From contig DYGI01000001.1 of assembly GCA_020724805.1 (NCBI GenBank), forward strand, positions 111,157-175,156: 64,000 nucleotides of DNA. The letters run 5' to 3'. Positions 54,860 through 64,000 of this stretch are shown in pieces. Every line of letters begins with the position of its first letter. Within the stretch, counting starts at the first letter, position 1. The translations under genes were made by a program, and so were the position numbers. A model generated the notes under the pieces. That model saw only the letters and a list, made by a program, of their open reading frames with translations. It was not told the origin of the DNA and ran no database searches. Source of the stretch: Candidatus Microgenomatus sp. GTDB lineage: Bacteria; Patescibacteriota; Minisyncoccia; UBA6257; GWB1-50-10.

Positions 54860-55474
54860 ATGTGGCAGGGCTTCCACGAAAGCTACCAAGCAGGAAAAGA
54901 CCTTGAACAAGGTCTTTTAGGGACGGAACGGCATCTTGCTCCGGAGGGAAAAGTGCGACACGTTGAGTTTGAGGGAGAGGTAGAGCAAGTTGAGGGGTAC
55001 CTTCCGTTTGAGGCGGCAGTTCAGAGCGCGAAGGAAAGGAAAACCTTTTCTCCTACCGATCCGGAGCCGGAATTTGCGAACGATCTCCACGCAACTATAG
55101 GGGAAATGTTAGGGCTTAAGGATTTGGGACAATTGGAATACTACACTGCACTCGCGCCAGAAGGATCGCCGCTCACCTCATTGGATTTTGATCACGGCGT
55201 GGACGCATTTTTTGAGCTAAAAACCCCTGGAGAATCTGGTCAGGAACGCGTGACTCTCGATATCTCATTGCGCGACAAAGAACGCGTAAAGGCGGACGTA
55301 TTGTTACGGCTCTCTCCCGATTTTTCCCCTCCATCTACAAGATATGAACGGAAGATGATGTCGCCGGAGGAAAAGCAAATGTACCATGAAGCGCTTACGG
55401 GCTTCGCTCAGGAGATTATTGACAAATTCTTTGAAAAAATGCAGACTAAAAAAACGTCAGCCAAAGTTCATTGA
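54860..55474 (+). CDS. Hypothetical protein (possible nuclease-like fold)
   Basis: 204 aa acidic ORF, LDFDHGVDAFF...VTLDIS; TATACT 7 nt upstream. Confidence 0.65.
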   Translation: MWQGFHESYQAGKDLEQGLLGTERHLAPEGKVRHVEFEGEVEQVEGYLPFEAAVQSAKERKTFSPTDPEPEFANDLHATIGEMLGLKDLGQLEYYTALAPEGSPLTSLDFDHGVDAFFELKTPGESGQERVTLDISLRDKERVKADVLLRLSPDFSPPSTRYERKMMSPEEKQMYHEALTGFAQEIIDKFFEKMQTKKTSAKVH

Positions 55475-55487
55475 CAAAAGGAACGGT

Positions 55488-55601
55488 ATGGAGAAAAAGC
55501 TCAATCGGAAAAAAGAGAAAGATCTGAAGCGGAAACTTCTGGGAACCATCAGAAAGAAGCCCGATTCCCCACACCCGAAAGGCGAAAAGAAAGCGAATTG
55601 A
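55488..55601 (+). CDS. Small basic peptide (37 aa)
   Basis: MEKKLNRKKEKDLKRKLL...; AAGGA SD; followed by a terminator. Confidence 0.4.
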   Translation: MEKKLNRKKEKDLKRKLLGTIRKKPDSPHPKGEKKAN

Positions 55602-55606
55602 ACATG

Positions 55607-55641
55607 CAGCCCACCAAGCAATCGGTGGGCTGTACTCTTTT
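55607..55641 (+). terminator. Intrinsic terminator
   Basis: CAGCCCACC/GGTGGGCTG stem with T-rich tail. Confidence 0.6.
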
Positions 55642-55879
55642 AGTCCATCCAGCGCCTGAGGAATCTCCCTTCCTTGTCACGGAATTGACCGAGGACGATG
55701 AAGATGAAGTCGATGACGACCCAGATGCCGAGGCCGCCCGCGGTGATTATCATGAGAATGCCGGTGCCGATTTTCCCCACGTAGAAGCGGTGGATGCCGA
55801 GCCAACCGAAAAAGCCGCAGAAAAGTGCGGCGGCGAGGCGTAGCTTCGGTGAGATTTCGGCGTGGTGCGTGGTTTCCAT
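55640..55879 (-). CDS. TM2 domain protein
   Basis: FFGWLGIHRFYVGKIGTG...GIWVVID. Confidence 0.9.
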   Translation of the reverse strand: METTHHAEISPKLRLAAALFCGFFGWLGIHRFYVGKIGTGILMIITAGGLGIWVVIDFIFIVLGQFRDKEGRFLRRWMD

Positions 55880-55882
55880 AGT

Positions 55883-56863
55883 TTAGATAAGTCCCACTTT
55901 CTTTTTCACCTCGACCATTTTCTTTTCCGCGATTTTTGCTGATGCGTTACCTCCCTTCGCAAATGCGGCGCATGCTTTTGTGGGGGAGATTTTCTTTTTT
56001 GCGGCTTGATAGAGCGCAAGCGCCTTCACCACTACTTCCGCCACATCACGTTTGAAGTCGGCATACCCTTTCCCTGCATATTTTTTCTCAAGTGAGGAGA
56101 TGCTCACACCCGAAAGGGAGGAGTGGATGAGGAGGAGATTTGAAATGCCCGGCTTACTCTTTTCGTCGTATTTTATCTCACGGCCGGAGTCGGTAGTCGC
56201 ACGACCAAGTTTCGCGCGGATTTCGGCGGGCGCATCGTCCAAAAAGAGGCATCCTGCGGGGCGGGACTTGGACATTTTCTTTTGCGGATCGTCCAAACTC
56301 ATAAGGCGTGGCACATTCGTGTGGAGTGCTTTCGGCTCAATGAAAGTTTTGCCGAAGCGGCTATTAAACTTCCGTGCAAGCGTACGCGCGAGCTCCAAAT
56401 GCTGGTCTTGGTCGTCGCCCACCGGTACCGCGGCGGTATCGTAGAGAAGCACGTCGGCGGCCATGAGGACGGGATAATCGAAGAGGCCGACATTTGCGGA
56501 TTCCGCGCCTTCACCGGATTTTTCTTTGAACTGCGTCATTCGTCGCAGTTCTCCCATTGGGGTAATCGTATTCAAAATCCATGCGAGCTCGCTATGAGCC
56601 GGGATTGAAGATTGAGCGAAGAGCGTAGCTTTTGCGGGCGAGAGTCCCGCGGCAAGATATGAACGCATAAGGTCCTCGATCTGCGCCTTTTTCTCTTTCG
56701 GGGTATAGCTTTCCGTGAGTGAGTGAAGGTCCGCGATGAAAAAGAAACACCGATATTTGCCGGAGTTTTGGAGCTCCACAAAGTTTTTCAGCGCCCCAAG
56801 GTAATTACCGAGGTGCAGCTTGCCTGAGGGCTGGATGCCTGAGATGAGAACGGGTTTTATCAT
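55883..56863 (-). CDS. trpS: Tryptophan--tRNA ligase
   Basis: SGIQPSG.LHLGNY, YPVLMAAD, VPVGDDQDQH, KMSKS. Confidence 0.97.
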   Translation of the reverse strand: MIKPVLISGIQPSGKLHLGNYLGALKNFVELQNSGKYRCFFFIADLHSLTESYTPKEKKAQIEDLMRSYLAAGLSPAKATLFAQSSIPAHSELAWILNTITPMGELRRMTQFKEKSGEGAESANVGLFDYPVLMAADVLLYDTAAVPVGDDQDQHLELARTLARKFNSRFGKTFIEPKALHTNVPRLMSLDDPQKKMSKSRPAGCLFLDDAPAEIRAKLGRATTDSGREIKYDEKSKPGISNLLLIHSSLSGVSISSLEKKYAGKGYADFKRDVAEVVVKALALYQAAKKKISPTKACAAFAKGGNASAKIAEKKMVEVKKKVGLI

Positions 56864-56893
56864 CGATTTTCAGTATAGAACACAGCTCATCGC

Positions 56894-56930
56894 GAAACAA
56901 AAAGACCGGCGATGCCGGTCTTTTTGTTTC
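56894..56930. terminator. Perfect 17-bp inverted repeat terminator after rnj
   Basis: GAAACAAAAAGACCGGC-GAT-GCCGGTCTTTTTGTTTC. Confidence 0.8.
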
Positions 56931-56934
56931 CATG

Positions 56935-58797
56935 CTATATCTCAATGATGACTGGAAGCACCATGGGGCGGCGTTTCGTTTTTGTGAAGATGAACTGGCC
57001 TATCTGGTCACGGACCAAGGTTTTCACGTACTCGCCGTCCACCGGTTGATAGTGGGGAATGCGTCCCACGAGGCCACGGATGTGCTTCCGGATTTCATCG
57101 AGGAGCCCTTGCTGCTCTTTAAGGTAGATGAAACCGCGCGAGATGATGTCCGGGTTTTTCAATATTCTCCCATCGCGCTTGGAGAGCGTAACAATAATTA
57201 CGAGCATTCCTTCCTGCGCCAAAGCGAGTCGGTCGCGGAGCACCACTTCACCCACATCACCGACGCCCAAGCCATCCACCATGACGTAGTAGGCAGGGAC
57301 TTCCTCCCCGGTCAGACGGATTCCCGTTTTGGATATTTCCACCACGAGGCCGTTATCAGCCACTACCGTGTCGACAGGTTTCAGCCCCAAAACCTCCTGT
57401 GCGAGGCGTGCGTTTCGAAGGCGCATGAAGTAGTAACCGTGGATGGGCAAAAAGTATTTTGGTTTTACGAGACCCATCACGGTCTTCAGCTCTTCCTGTG
57501 GCGCATGGCCCGACGAGTGAATGTCGAGCATCTTGTGGTGGTAAATCATCGCACCCTGCCGCGCGAGGTTGTCCTTCAGGTTCTGCACACTTTTTTCGTT
57601 CCCGGGAACCACCGACGAAGAAAGCACGATAGTGTCGGTCGGCTTGATGCGGATCTGTTTGTGCTCACCGTTCGCCACGCGCATAAGTGACGCGTTCGGT
57701 TCGCCCTGCGCGCCCGTGGAGAGCACCAAAACCTCGTGGTCCTTGTATTTATTGATCTCTTCTAGGGGGATTATGGTTTCCTTATTGAACTTGAAATAGC
57801 CGAGGTGCTGAGCGATCTGTACGTTGGTCTTCATCGAGTAGCCGGAGAGCGCCACTTTGCGTCCAAGGCGTTCCGCGATACGCACAATTTCGCCCAAACG
57901 ATCGAGGAGTGACGCGAAAGTCCCTACAATGATGCGGCCCGGCGCGGTCTTGAAAAGTTTCTCAAGCTCCGCTTCCACGATGCGTTCCGAGAGCGCGTAC
58001 CCGGGGACTTCGGCGCCGGTTGAGTCCAACATGAGCGTGTGAATACCCTGCTCACCGACCCACTTCCACGTGTCGAGGCCCCGCGGTTTCCCGTCGTTGT
58101 CGTAATCGAACTTGAACTCTCCGGGATGCACGATGTTCCCGACCGGGGTTTTCAGGATGATGCCGATACCCTCCGGAATGTTGTGCACCACGTCGAAGAA
58201 TTTTGCGGAGAAATGATTACCGAATTTGTGCTCTTCGCCGCCCTTAATAAGGATGAAGTTCGGTTTCGGAGAGTTCGGGAAATCGTCCTGCCGCTTCATC
58301 ACGATTTCTTTGGTGAGCGGAGTCGCGTACATTGGCGGATTCCCCAACTTATCCAAAAGATAGGGGACGGCGCCGATGTGGTCGTAGTGACCATGCGTGA
58401 TGATGACCGCCTTGATGTTCTGCTTTTTCCCCTCAAGATACGTGACGTTCGGAATGATGTAGTCGATTCCCGGGGTCTCTATCTCGGGGAACTGGAGCCC
58501 CATATCAATGACCACAATCTCGTCTTTGTACTCGAAGAACATCATATTGCGACCAATCTCCTCGAGTCCTCCGAGCGCCACGAAACGCACCGCATCCGGC
58601 GAGGATGGGGCTTTATTGGCTATTACGGGGCGATGAACGACCCGTCGCGCAGGGCGCGCGGTGTCGCGAAATCCTCTCCCTGACGGGCGCGGACCATCGC
58701 GACGCGACGTCCCGTGCCTCCCTGTCGATGCGCGACCACCTCTCCCTTCGCGGGATGCGGGTTTGCGCGCGCTTTCAGCGTTCTTACTTACCATCAT
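56935..58797 (-). CDS. rnj: Ribonuclease J
   Basis: LGGLEEIGRNM, THGHYDHIG, TGAQGEP, HSSGH, RRPMVLPVI; basic disordered N-tail. Confidence 0.95.
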   Translation of the reverse strand: MMVSKNAESARKPASREGRGGRASTGRHGTSRRDGPRPSGRGFRDTARPARRVVHRPVIANKAPSSPDAVRFVALGGLEEIGRNMMFFEYKDEIVVIDMGLQFPEIETPGIDYIIPNVTYLEGKKQNIKAVIITHGHYDHIGAVPYLLDKLGNPPMYATPLTKEIVMKRQDDFPNSPKPNFILIKGGEEHKFGNHFSAKFFDVVHNIPEGIGIILKTPVGNIVHPGEFKFDYDNDGKPRGLDTWKWVGEQGIHTLMLDSTGAEVPGYALSERIVEAELEKLFKTAPGRIIVGTFASLLDRLGEIVRIAERLGRKVALSGYSMKTNVQIAQHLGYFKFNKETIIPLEEINKYKDHEVLVLSTGAQGEPNASLMRVANGEHKQIRIKPTDTIVLSSSVVPGNEKSVQNLKDNLARQGAMIYHHKMLDIHSSGHAPQEELKTVMGLVKPKYFLPIHGYYFMRLRNARLAQEVLGLKPVDTVVADNGLVVEISKTGIRLTGEEVPAYYVMVDGLGVGDVGEVVLRDRLALAQEGMLVIIVTLSKRDGRILKNPDIISRGFIYLKEQQGLLDEIRKHIRGLVGRIPHYQPVDGEYVKTLVRDQIGQFIFTKTKRRPMVLPVIIEI

Positions 58798-58841
58798 AAA
58801 TACTTATTTTTTTACTTTTCGTTCGACGTTTTTACCTCAAT

Positions 58842-58897
58842 ATGTCTTGTGAGCGAGGAGGGAATCGAAATGTCTTGTGGGCGAGGAGGGACTTGAA
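58842..58897. repeat. 28-bp tandem duplication of the tRNA-Leu 3' end
   Basis: ATGTCTTGTGAGCGAGGAGGGAATCGAA / ATGTCTTGTGGGCGAGGAGGGACTTGAA (25/28). Confidence 0.85.
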
Positions 58898-58960
58898 CCC
58901 TCACGGCCTTGCGGCCATAGGCTCCTGAAGCCTACGTGTCTGCCATTCCACCACCCGCCC
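58878..58960 (-). tRNA. tRNA-Leu(CAG)
   Basis: Cloverleaf with TAGGC-TTCAGGA-GCCTA anticodon arm, long variable arm GGCC-GCAA-GGCC, GGTTCAAGTCC. Confidence 0.95.
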
Positions 58961-59124
58961 TTGGTAAATCACTTTATCCGCAAGAAAGCCAACAACACGA
59001 GAACACTAACAAATATCAATTCGTACGAATAACAATGCGAGTTCGTTTGCGGGCTTACTTGCGGAGAGGAGAAATTGAACGTTACGGGAAGTGTAGCAGA
59101 GCTCGCTTAATTTGTCAAATGCGG

Positions 59125-60714
59125 TTACTCAAGCACGCGGACGCGCGTCACATTCCATTCGGCGACGTTCAAAAAACGATCGGCGGGCGTGATAAGCTCT
59201 CCGGAAGGGAATCCCTCGAGGTCCTCGCCGTGGACGTGCGTATAAGGAAGTGAGACGAGGAATACCGCAGGAACATCATTGCCTATCGTTTTCCATGCAT
59301 CTTCCGCAAGACGCGCCCTCGCTTCATGGTCTCCCTCGGTGCGGATACGCTCAAGAAGCGTGTCTACGGAGCTTCTTGCGTAGAGCGAAAAGTTCTCGCC
59401 GGTGCCTCCGCGGGATGCGGAGTGCCAAAAAGGGTAGAGATCGTCGGGGTTTAGGAACGCGTGAGGCGCAAGCACCATCTCATATGCGCGGGGCTCCAAA
59501 ATATCACTTCGAAAACGCGCGAGAGGTACCTTTTCTATGGTGACAAATGAGATTCCCGCGGCGCTCCAATCCTCAAGCACCATCTCCGCGGCCCGTACGA
59601 GAAAAGGAACGTCCGGTACGGTAAGTGTGAGCGAGACGTCCGTATCGTGTTTTGCGCGGGCGAGCGCGCTTGTCGCACTCTCGGTCGCGGAGATAAGCGC
59701 CGCGTCCTCCGATGACAGACCGGGGAAATAGCTTTCCGCGTCTCCTTGGAAGACTTCACGCGCGATACGGGCGCGATCCGTGGCGTGGGACAGCGCGAGG
59801 CGGAGGAAGGGGTCGGCGAGCGCATCGTTCGCGGAATTGTTCAGAAATATCCCGTAGTAACGGGGGAGTGCAGTGCGGGTAACCGTTACGCCATCCATTA
59901 CTTCGTGAGCCTCCGGGAATGGAGGGAGGAACCCGAAACCGTGAATGCGGCGAAGGCGAAATGCATCGAGAAGTGCAGAGGAACTCTCAAAAAAGCGCAC
60001 ATAAAAATCGGCAATGAACGGTTTTTCGCCGCCGAACCGCTCATTCGGCACAAGGTGATACTCGTCGATAAAACCATCTTTTGCTTTGGTGAACGAAGCA
60101 ATGCGGTATGGGCCGTTCCCTATCGGTTGAAGCGCATACTCCGACAAATGATAGTTTTTTACGGGGATGCGCTCCCAGATATGTTTAGGGATGATAGGAA
60201 GTCGCGCAAAAAGCTCCTCCATGAAGGCGTTCGGCGACGGGAGCGTGAGTTTCACCTGGAGCATGCTCACTCGTTCGGTCGAGACGCCGCGAAGCGCTCC
60301 AGAGAATGCGGATTCGGCGAAGGGTTCTTGCGCCACATTTATCGTGAAAACTACATCGTCGGAAGTAAGGGGAGTCCCGTCGCTCCACACGAGATTTTCC
60401 TTTAGTTTCAAGGTATATACGGTAGCGTCTTTACTCCGCTCGGAGGAGACAAGGAAGGATTCAAGCGGGGAGAAGAGGAGCGCGCTAAGGTCTTGGTCCG
60501 CGGGGTTTGCGGAAGTAATCGGGTTTACGATGCTCGGTTGTCCCACGATGCCTTCGCGATATACGCCTCCGGGAGCAGGAATGAAGGTAGAATGCGCCGC
60601 GACCGTGACCGAAGTAAGCGCCACGGAAGCAGCCGCAAGGATGAGTGCCGATATAAATGCGGCGCGGCGTTCCGCCGTGCTCCATGCTCGGATAATATCC
60701 CGCGCGAGATTCAT
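59125..60714 (-). CDS. ABC transporter peptide-binding protein (family 5, OppA-like)
   Basis: GGVYREGIVG, WSDGTPLTSDDVVFT, PIGNGPY, PFWHS. Confidence 0.88.
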   Translation of the reverse strand: MNLARDIIRAWSTAERRAAFISALILAAASVALTSVTVAAHSTFIPAPGGVYREGIVGQPSIVNPITSANPADQDLSALLFSPLESFLVSSERSKDATVYTLKLKENLVWSDGTPLTSDDVVFTINVAQEPFAESAFSGALRGVSTERVSMLQVKLTLPSPNAFMEELFARLPIIPKHIWERIPVKNYHLSEYALQPIGNGPYRIASFTKAKDGFIDEYHLVPNERFGGEKPFIADFYVRFFESSSALLDAFRLRRIHGFGFLPPFPEAHEVMDGVTVTRTALPRYYGIFLNNSANDALADPFLRLALSHATDRARIAREVFQGDAESYFPGLSSEDAALISATESATSALARAKHDTDVSLTLTVPDVPFLVRAAEMVLEDWSAAGISFVTIEKVPLARFRSDILEPRAYEMVLAPHAFLNPDDLYPFWHSASRGGTGENFSLYARSSVDTLLERIRTEGDHEARARLAEDAWKTIGNDVPAVFLVSLPYTHVHGEDLEGFPSGELITPADRFLNVAEWNVTRVRVLE

Positions 60715-60927
60715 TTATACGAGGAGATTCAAGAGTGCGAATCCGGCAAAGAGAACTACCGCCACAATGGTCGCGTAGAATATTCCCTTCTCAACTCCGC
60801 GCCGCGCATAGTAGGGCGTGCCGCTCCCACCGCCCCCAAAAATGCCGGACATCCCGCCCGAACGCTCTTGGATAAGTACGAGGCCGATGACAAGAAGTGA
60901 GATGATGATTTGGAGAATTGGTCGCAT
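60715..60927 (-). CDS. secG: Preprotein translocase SecG
   Basis: LVLIQERSGGMSGIFGG...RRGVEK; two TM. Confidence 0.92.
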   Translation of the reverse strand: MRPILQIIISLLVIGLVLIQERSGGMSGIFGGGGSGTPYYARRGVEKGIFYATIVAVVLFAGFALLNLLV

Positions 60928-60936
60928 AAAAAAGTG

Positions 60937-61299
60937 TTAGTCGCCGAGTTTTTTTGCGCTCATGTGGAGCACTACGTTCACTGCGCTTACGACAAGCGCC
61001 CCCACGAGGAGCGCCATGTACCCCTCGATGGTAACCACGTCGCTCACGATGTCAAGGACGTAGAGGAGAAGTCCATTCACCACCACCGCAAAAAGTCCGA
61101 GCGTAAGCACCATTAAGGGGCCAAAGAAAAGTTTTAAAACGGGGCGGAGAAGCAAGTTCAATACCGCGAGTATCGCACCGGCGGTGGCAAGCGCTACGAA
61201 TTCGCTCGCCGCTGAAAATCCCGGCACGAACGAACTTGCCGCGAATAGCGCGACCATGTTCGAAACGACGGAAAAGATGATACGCCCGATAAACCTCAT
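60937..61299 (-). CDS. YvlD-like 4-TM 'phage holin family' membrane protein
   Basis: LNLLLRPVLK...LTLGLF.VVVNG. Confidence 0.85.
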   Translation of the reverse strand: MRFIGRIIFSVVSNMVALFAASSFVPGFSAASEFVALATAGAILAVLNLLLRPVLKLFFGPLMVLTLGLFAVVVNGLLLYVLDIVSDVVTIEGYMALLVGALVVSAVNVVLHMSAKKLGD

Positions 61300-62840
61300 C
61301 TTAGATAGGATAACAAACTGGCGCCGGTCATCTCGGGAGGCGTGGGAATGTCCATAAGTTCGAGGAGGGTAGGAGCCACATCCGCAAGAAGTCCCTGGAC
61401 CGCGAAAGGATTCGGTTTTGAGGGGTTCGCACGCGCGAATTCCTTCGCGATGAGATAGCACGGTACCGGACTCGGGTTATGTTTGGTTTCGGGCTCGCCG
61501 GTGCGGGGATCGATGAGCACCTCGGCATTCCCGTGGTCGGACGTCACGATAAGGACATGTTCTCCTTCTTCCACCGCGACGAGGAGTCGTGCGAGTTCTC
61601 GGTCCACTGTCTCCACCGCCGCGACCGTTGCGGCGTAATTTCCTGTGTGGGCAATGATATCGGCGTTCGCGTAGTTGAGGAGAATGAAATCGAAACTTTT
61701 TTCCTTGAGCGCGAGAATGGCGCGATCGGTGATTGATTTTGCCTGCATGGCGGGACGCTCATCCTTTCGAAACACGTTTTCCGAGGGGATAAGGATTCGA
61801 AATTCATTGGCGAACGGTTCCTCGCGTCTTCCGTTGAAAAAATAAGTTACGTGCGCATATTTTTCCGTTTCCCCGATGCGCAACTGCCGAAGATTTCTGT
61901 CCGCGAGCACCTCACCGAGCGTGTGGACCATCGGCTCGGCGGGGAATGCGACATCAGCGTGCTTGCCGCGATGGTACCCGGTCATGGTGATTACCCTTAC
62001 TCGCTCGAGCGGGACGAGAGGGAATCCTGCGAACGAGGGATCAAGGAATGCATCGGAAATTTGACGCATACTGTCTTCGCGAAAGTTGAAAAACACCACC
62101 GCATCTCCGCTTGCTATGTGGGGCGCGCCATCGAGAACGCGGGGCTCTATGAATTCGTCGTTCAGCCCTTTTGCGTACGCGCCCTGGAGCACTTCTTCCC
62201 ACGTGGCGACTTTTGGCGCCGTTCCGGTGAGTGCGCGATATGCCTCCCGCGTGCGGTCAAAATGCCGATCGCGGTCCATGCCGTAATAGCGACCGCCAAG
62301 CGAAGCAATCTTCACATTGGACGCGCGCGCGAGGACGTTTGTGAGACGAGTGAGGAGCGTGCGCGCTTCGCGCGGTCCGCTGTCGATGCCGTCGGTGAAA
62401 AGATGGAGCGCCACCGTGACTCCCTGGAATAGCGCCGCAAGTTTTATCAACGCTTCCAAGTGCGCAAAAGAGGCGTGTACGATGCCACTCGTGAGGAGAC
62501 CCACGAAATGTACGGTTCCCTTCGTCTCTTTCGCGTGGGAGAAGGCGCCAAGAAGCGCAGGATTTTTTTCGAACGTCCTTTCGGTGATGGCGCGGGCGAT
62601 GCGTTCCGAGTGCTGCTCCGAGGCGCGCCCGGCGCCGAGAGTGACGTGGCCCACCTCGCTGTTTCCCTCCTCGTCCCAAGGAAGCCCCACTGCGAGGCCC
62701 GAGGCCTGAAGCGCGCACCCGGGATATCGGCTCTCAAAGCGGGCAATGGTTTCCGGCCTGGCGGCATGGATGGGGTTGGATTGGTCCTCGGCGCCCAATC
62801 CCCACCCGTCCAAAATGGCAAGTACGTACGTGCGATTCAT
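61296..62840 (-). CDS. gpmI: 2,3-BPG-independent phosphoglycerate mutase
   Basis: ILDGWG, GNSEVGH, YGMDRD, ETEKYAHVTYFFNG, TSDHGNAE. Confidence 0.96.
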   Translation of the reverse strand: MNRTYVLAILDGWGLGAEDQSNPIHAARPETIARFESRYPGCALQASGLAVGLPWDEEGNSEVGHVTLGAGRASEQHSERIARAITERTFEKNPALLGAFSHAKETKGTVHFVGLLTSGIVHASFAHLEALIKLAALFQGVTVALHLFTDGIDSGPREARTLLTRLTNVLARASNVKIASLGGRYYGMDRDRHFDRTREAYRALTGTAPKVATWEEVLQGAYAKGLNDEFIEPRVLDGAPHIASGDAVVFFNFREDSMRQISDAFLDPSFAGFPLVPLERVRVITMTGYHRGKHADVAFPAEPMVHTLGEVLADRNLRQLRIGETEKYAHVTYFFNGRREEPFANEFRILIPSENVFRKDERPAMQAKSITDRAILALKEKSFDFILLNYANADIIAHTGNYAATVAAVETVDRELARLLVAVEEGEHVLIVTSDHGNAEVLIDPRTGEPETKHNPSPVPCYLIAKEFARANPSKPNPFAVQGLLADVAPTLLELMDIPTPPEMTGASLLSYLR

Positions 62841-62925
62841 TGTATTCATGGTAGCAGAAGGGTATACTCTTAGCGCAGCAAACCTACTAAAGTGTCGAAG
62901 GAAATCAAATCAAATTTCATAACGT

Positions 62926-64000
62926 ATGACATTATCACCACTTTTGGCGGCGCTTGTGGCGCTCGTGGCGCTTGTCTTGGGATATGGCATCAGGTTCGCA
63001 ATTGCGCGGAGGAAGGAGTCATCGGAAGCGGAGGAGAGTAAAAAAGAACTCGACGCGGCACGCGTAGAAGCGAAGGAAATCGTCGTCGCGGCAAAAAGCG
63101 AAGCGGCGAATCTTCTTGTCGCCGCACAGAAGGAGGAAAAGGAGCGAAGAGAGGAGCTTCGGAAACTCGAGGAGCGCCTCGCGAAGCGCGAGGATGATTT
63201 GAGCGTTGAGAGGAAAACCATCGATGCGGAGCGCGCGCGCCTGAAAGAAGAAGAAGCGAAGGTAAAAGCGCGCGAAGAGGAGACGAATACGACCCGCGAA
63301 AAGGCGGTAAAGGCCCTCGAAGAGGCCGCAAAACTTTCTCGGGAGGAAGCAAAACAAAAACTATTCTCCGAGATTGAAACGGAATATCGGGACGATCTTG
63401 CAAAAGCGATAGCCAAACTCGAGCATGATCGGCGCGACACGCTTGAAACGAAAGCGAACGAACTTCTCACCTCGGTCATTCAGCGATATGCACGGGACCA
63501 CATCTCGGAGATAACCACGACCGCGGTGACGCTTCCCGCCGAGGACATTAAAGGGAAGATTATCGGTAAGGAAGGGAGAAATATCCGGGCATTCGAGCGC
63601 GCCACGGGGGTGGAGGTCATCATCGATGAAACGCCGGAAAGTCTTGTTATTTCCTCATTCGACCCCTATCGCCGCGAGCTCGCAAAAATGGCCCTCGAGA
63701 AACTTTTGAAGGACGGGCGCATTCAGCCGGCAAAGATAGAAGAAAAAGTGGAGGAAGCGCGCGCGGAGCTCGACCAAAGGGTTGAGAAGCTCGGCGAAGA
63801 AGCCGCGTCTTCTCTCGGCATATTCGATTTCCCCAAGGAGATAGTGGCACTCATCGGCCGACTTCATTTCCGTACAAGTTACGGACAGAATGTGCTTCAG
63901 CACTCGCTTGAGATAGCGCACATCGCGGGCATGCTTGCCGCGGAATTGGGCGCGAACGTAGAAGTCGCGAAGCGGGCCGCGTTGGTGCATGACATGGGGA
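62926..64000 (+). CDS. rny: Ribonuclease Y (runs off the window; absent from ORF track)
   Basis: N-terminal TM, coiled coil, KH motif KGKIIGKEGRNIR, RTSYGQNVLQHS, HD motif at the window end. Confidence 0.95.
   Translation, partial: MTLSPLLAALVALVALVLGYGIRFAIARRKESSEAEESKKELDAARVEAKEIVVAAKSEAANLLVAAQKEEKERREELRKLEERLAKREDDLSVERKTIDAERARLKEEEAKVKAREEETNTTREKAVKALEEAAKLSREEAKQKLFSEIETEYRDDLAKAIAKLEHDRRDTLETKANELLTSVIQRYARDHISEITTTAVTLPAEDIKGKIIGKEGRNIRAFERATGVEVIIDETPESLVISSFDPYRRELAKMALEKLLKDGRIQPAKIEEKVEEARAELDQRVEKLGEEAASSLGIFDFPKEIVALIGRLHFRTSYGQNVLQHSLEIAHIAGMLAAELGANVEVAKRAALVHDMG

Noticed and set aside
58985-59055. Loose ACGAA/AACAC repeats upstream of tRNA-Leu
   Set aside because: Too degenerate to define a unit
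60937-61299. Prophage suggested by the holin-family gene
   Set aside because: YvlD-like genes are common housekeeping neighbours and no phage genes are nearby
62910-63479. Minus-strand Ser/Phe-rich ORF
   Set aside because: Antisense of the rny coiled coil
1-64000. CRISPR array, rRNA, integrase or transposase
   Set aside because: No regularly spaced repeats, rRNA-like sequence or recombinase ORFs seen

Overview
Origin-proximal core chromosome of a small-genome bacterium, most likely Patescibacteria/CPR (Parcubacteria-like). This is inferred from gene content, shortened PolA/YebC/RnpA and scarce Shine-Dalgarno sites. The window holds dksA-comM-rsmA running into an ~11 kb T4SS-like cluster (VirB6-like, PrgI, split VirB4, pilin) with no relaxase or coupling protein in view. 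It also holds jag-yidC-rnpA-rpmH / dnaA-oriC-dnaN, pbp1A, ruvABC, polA, pilB, holA, murE, infC-rpmI-rplT, smpB-ssrA, argS, ileS, trpS, rnj, secG, gpmI and rny (partial), two tRNAs, tmRNA and a 6S-like RNA. The main non-routine signals are: a hairpin-dense ~360 nt region behind rplT containing a promoter-to-terminator non-coding unit; a 15-bp-TIR mini-element inserted exactly at an ATGA stop/start junction; an inverted, diverged copy of the tmRNA 3' end heading an AT-rich cassette; a candidate sRNA next to a DnaA box; IleRS with an inserted histidine-phosphatase domain; heptamer micro-repeats in argS and ileS; a membrane-anchored Clp ATPase; and pervasive leaderless-type promoters. All calls were made by eye and no database searches were run.
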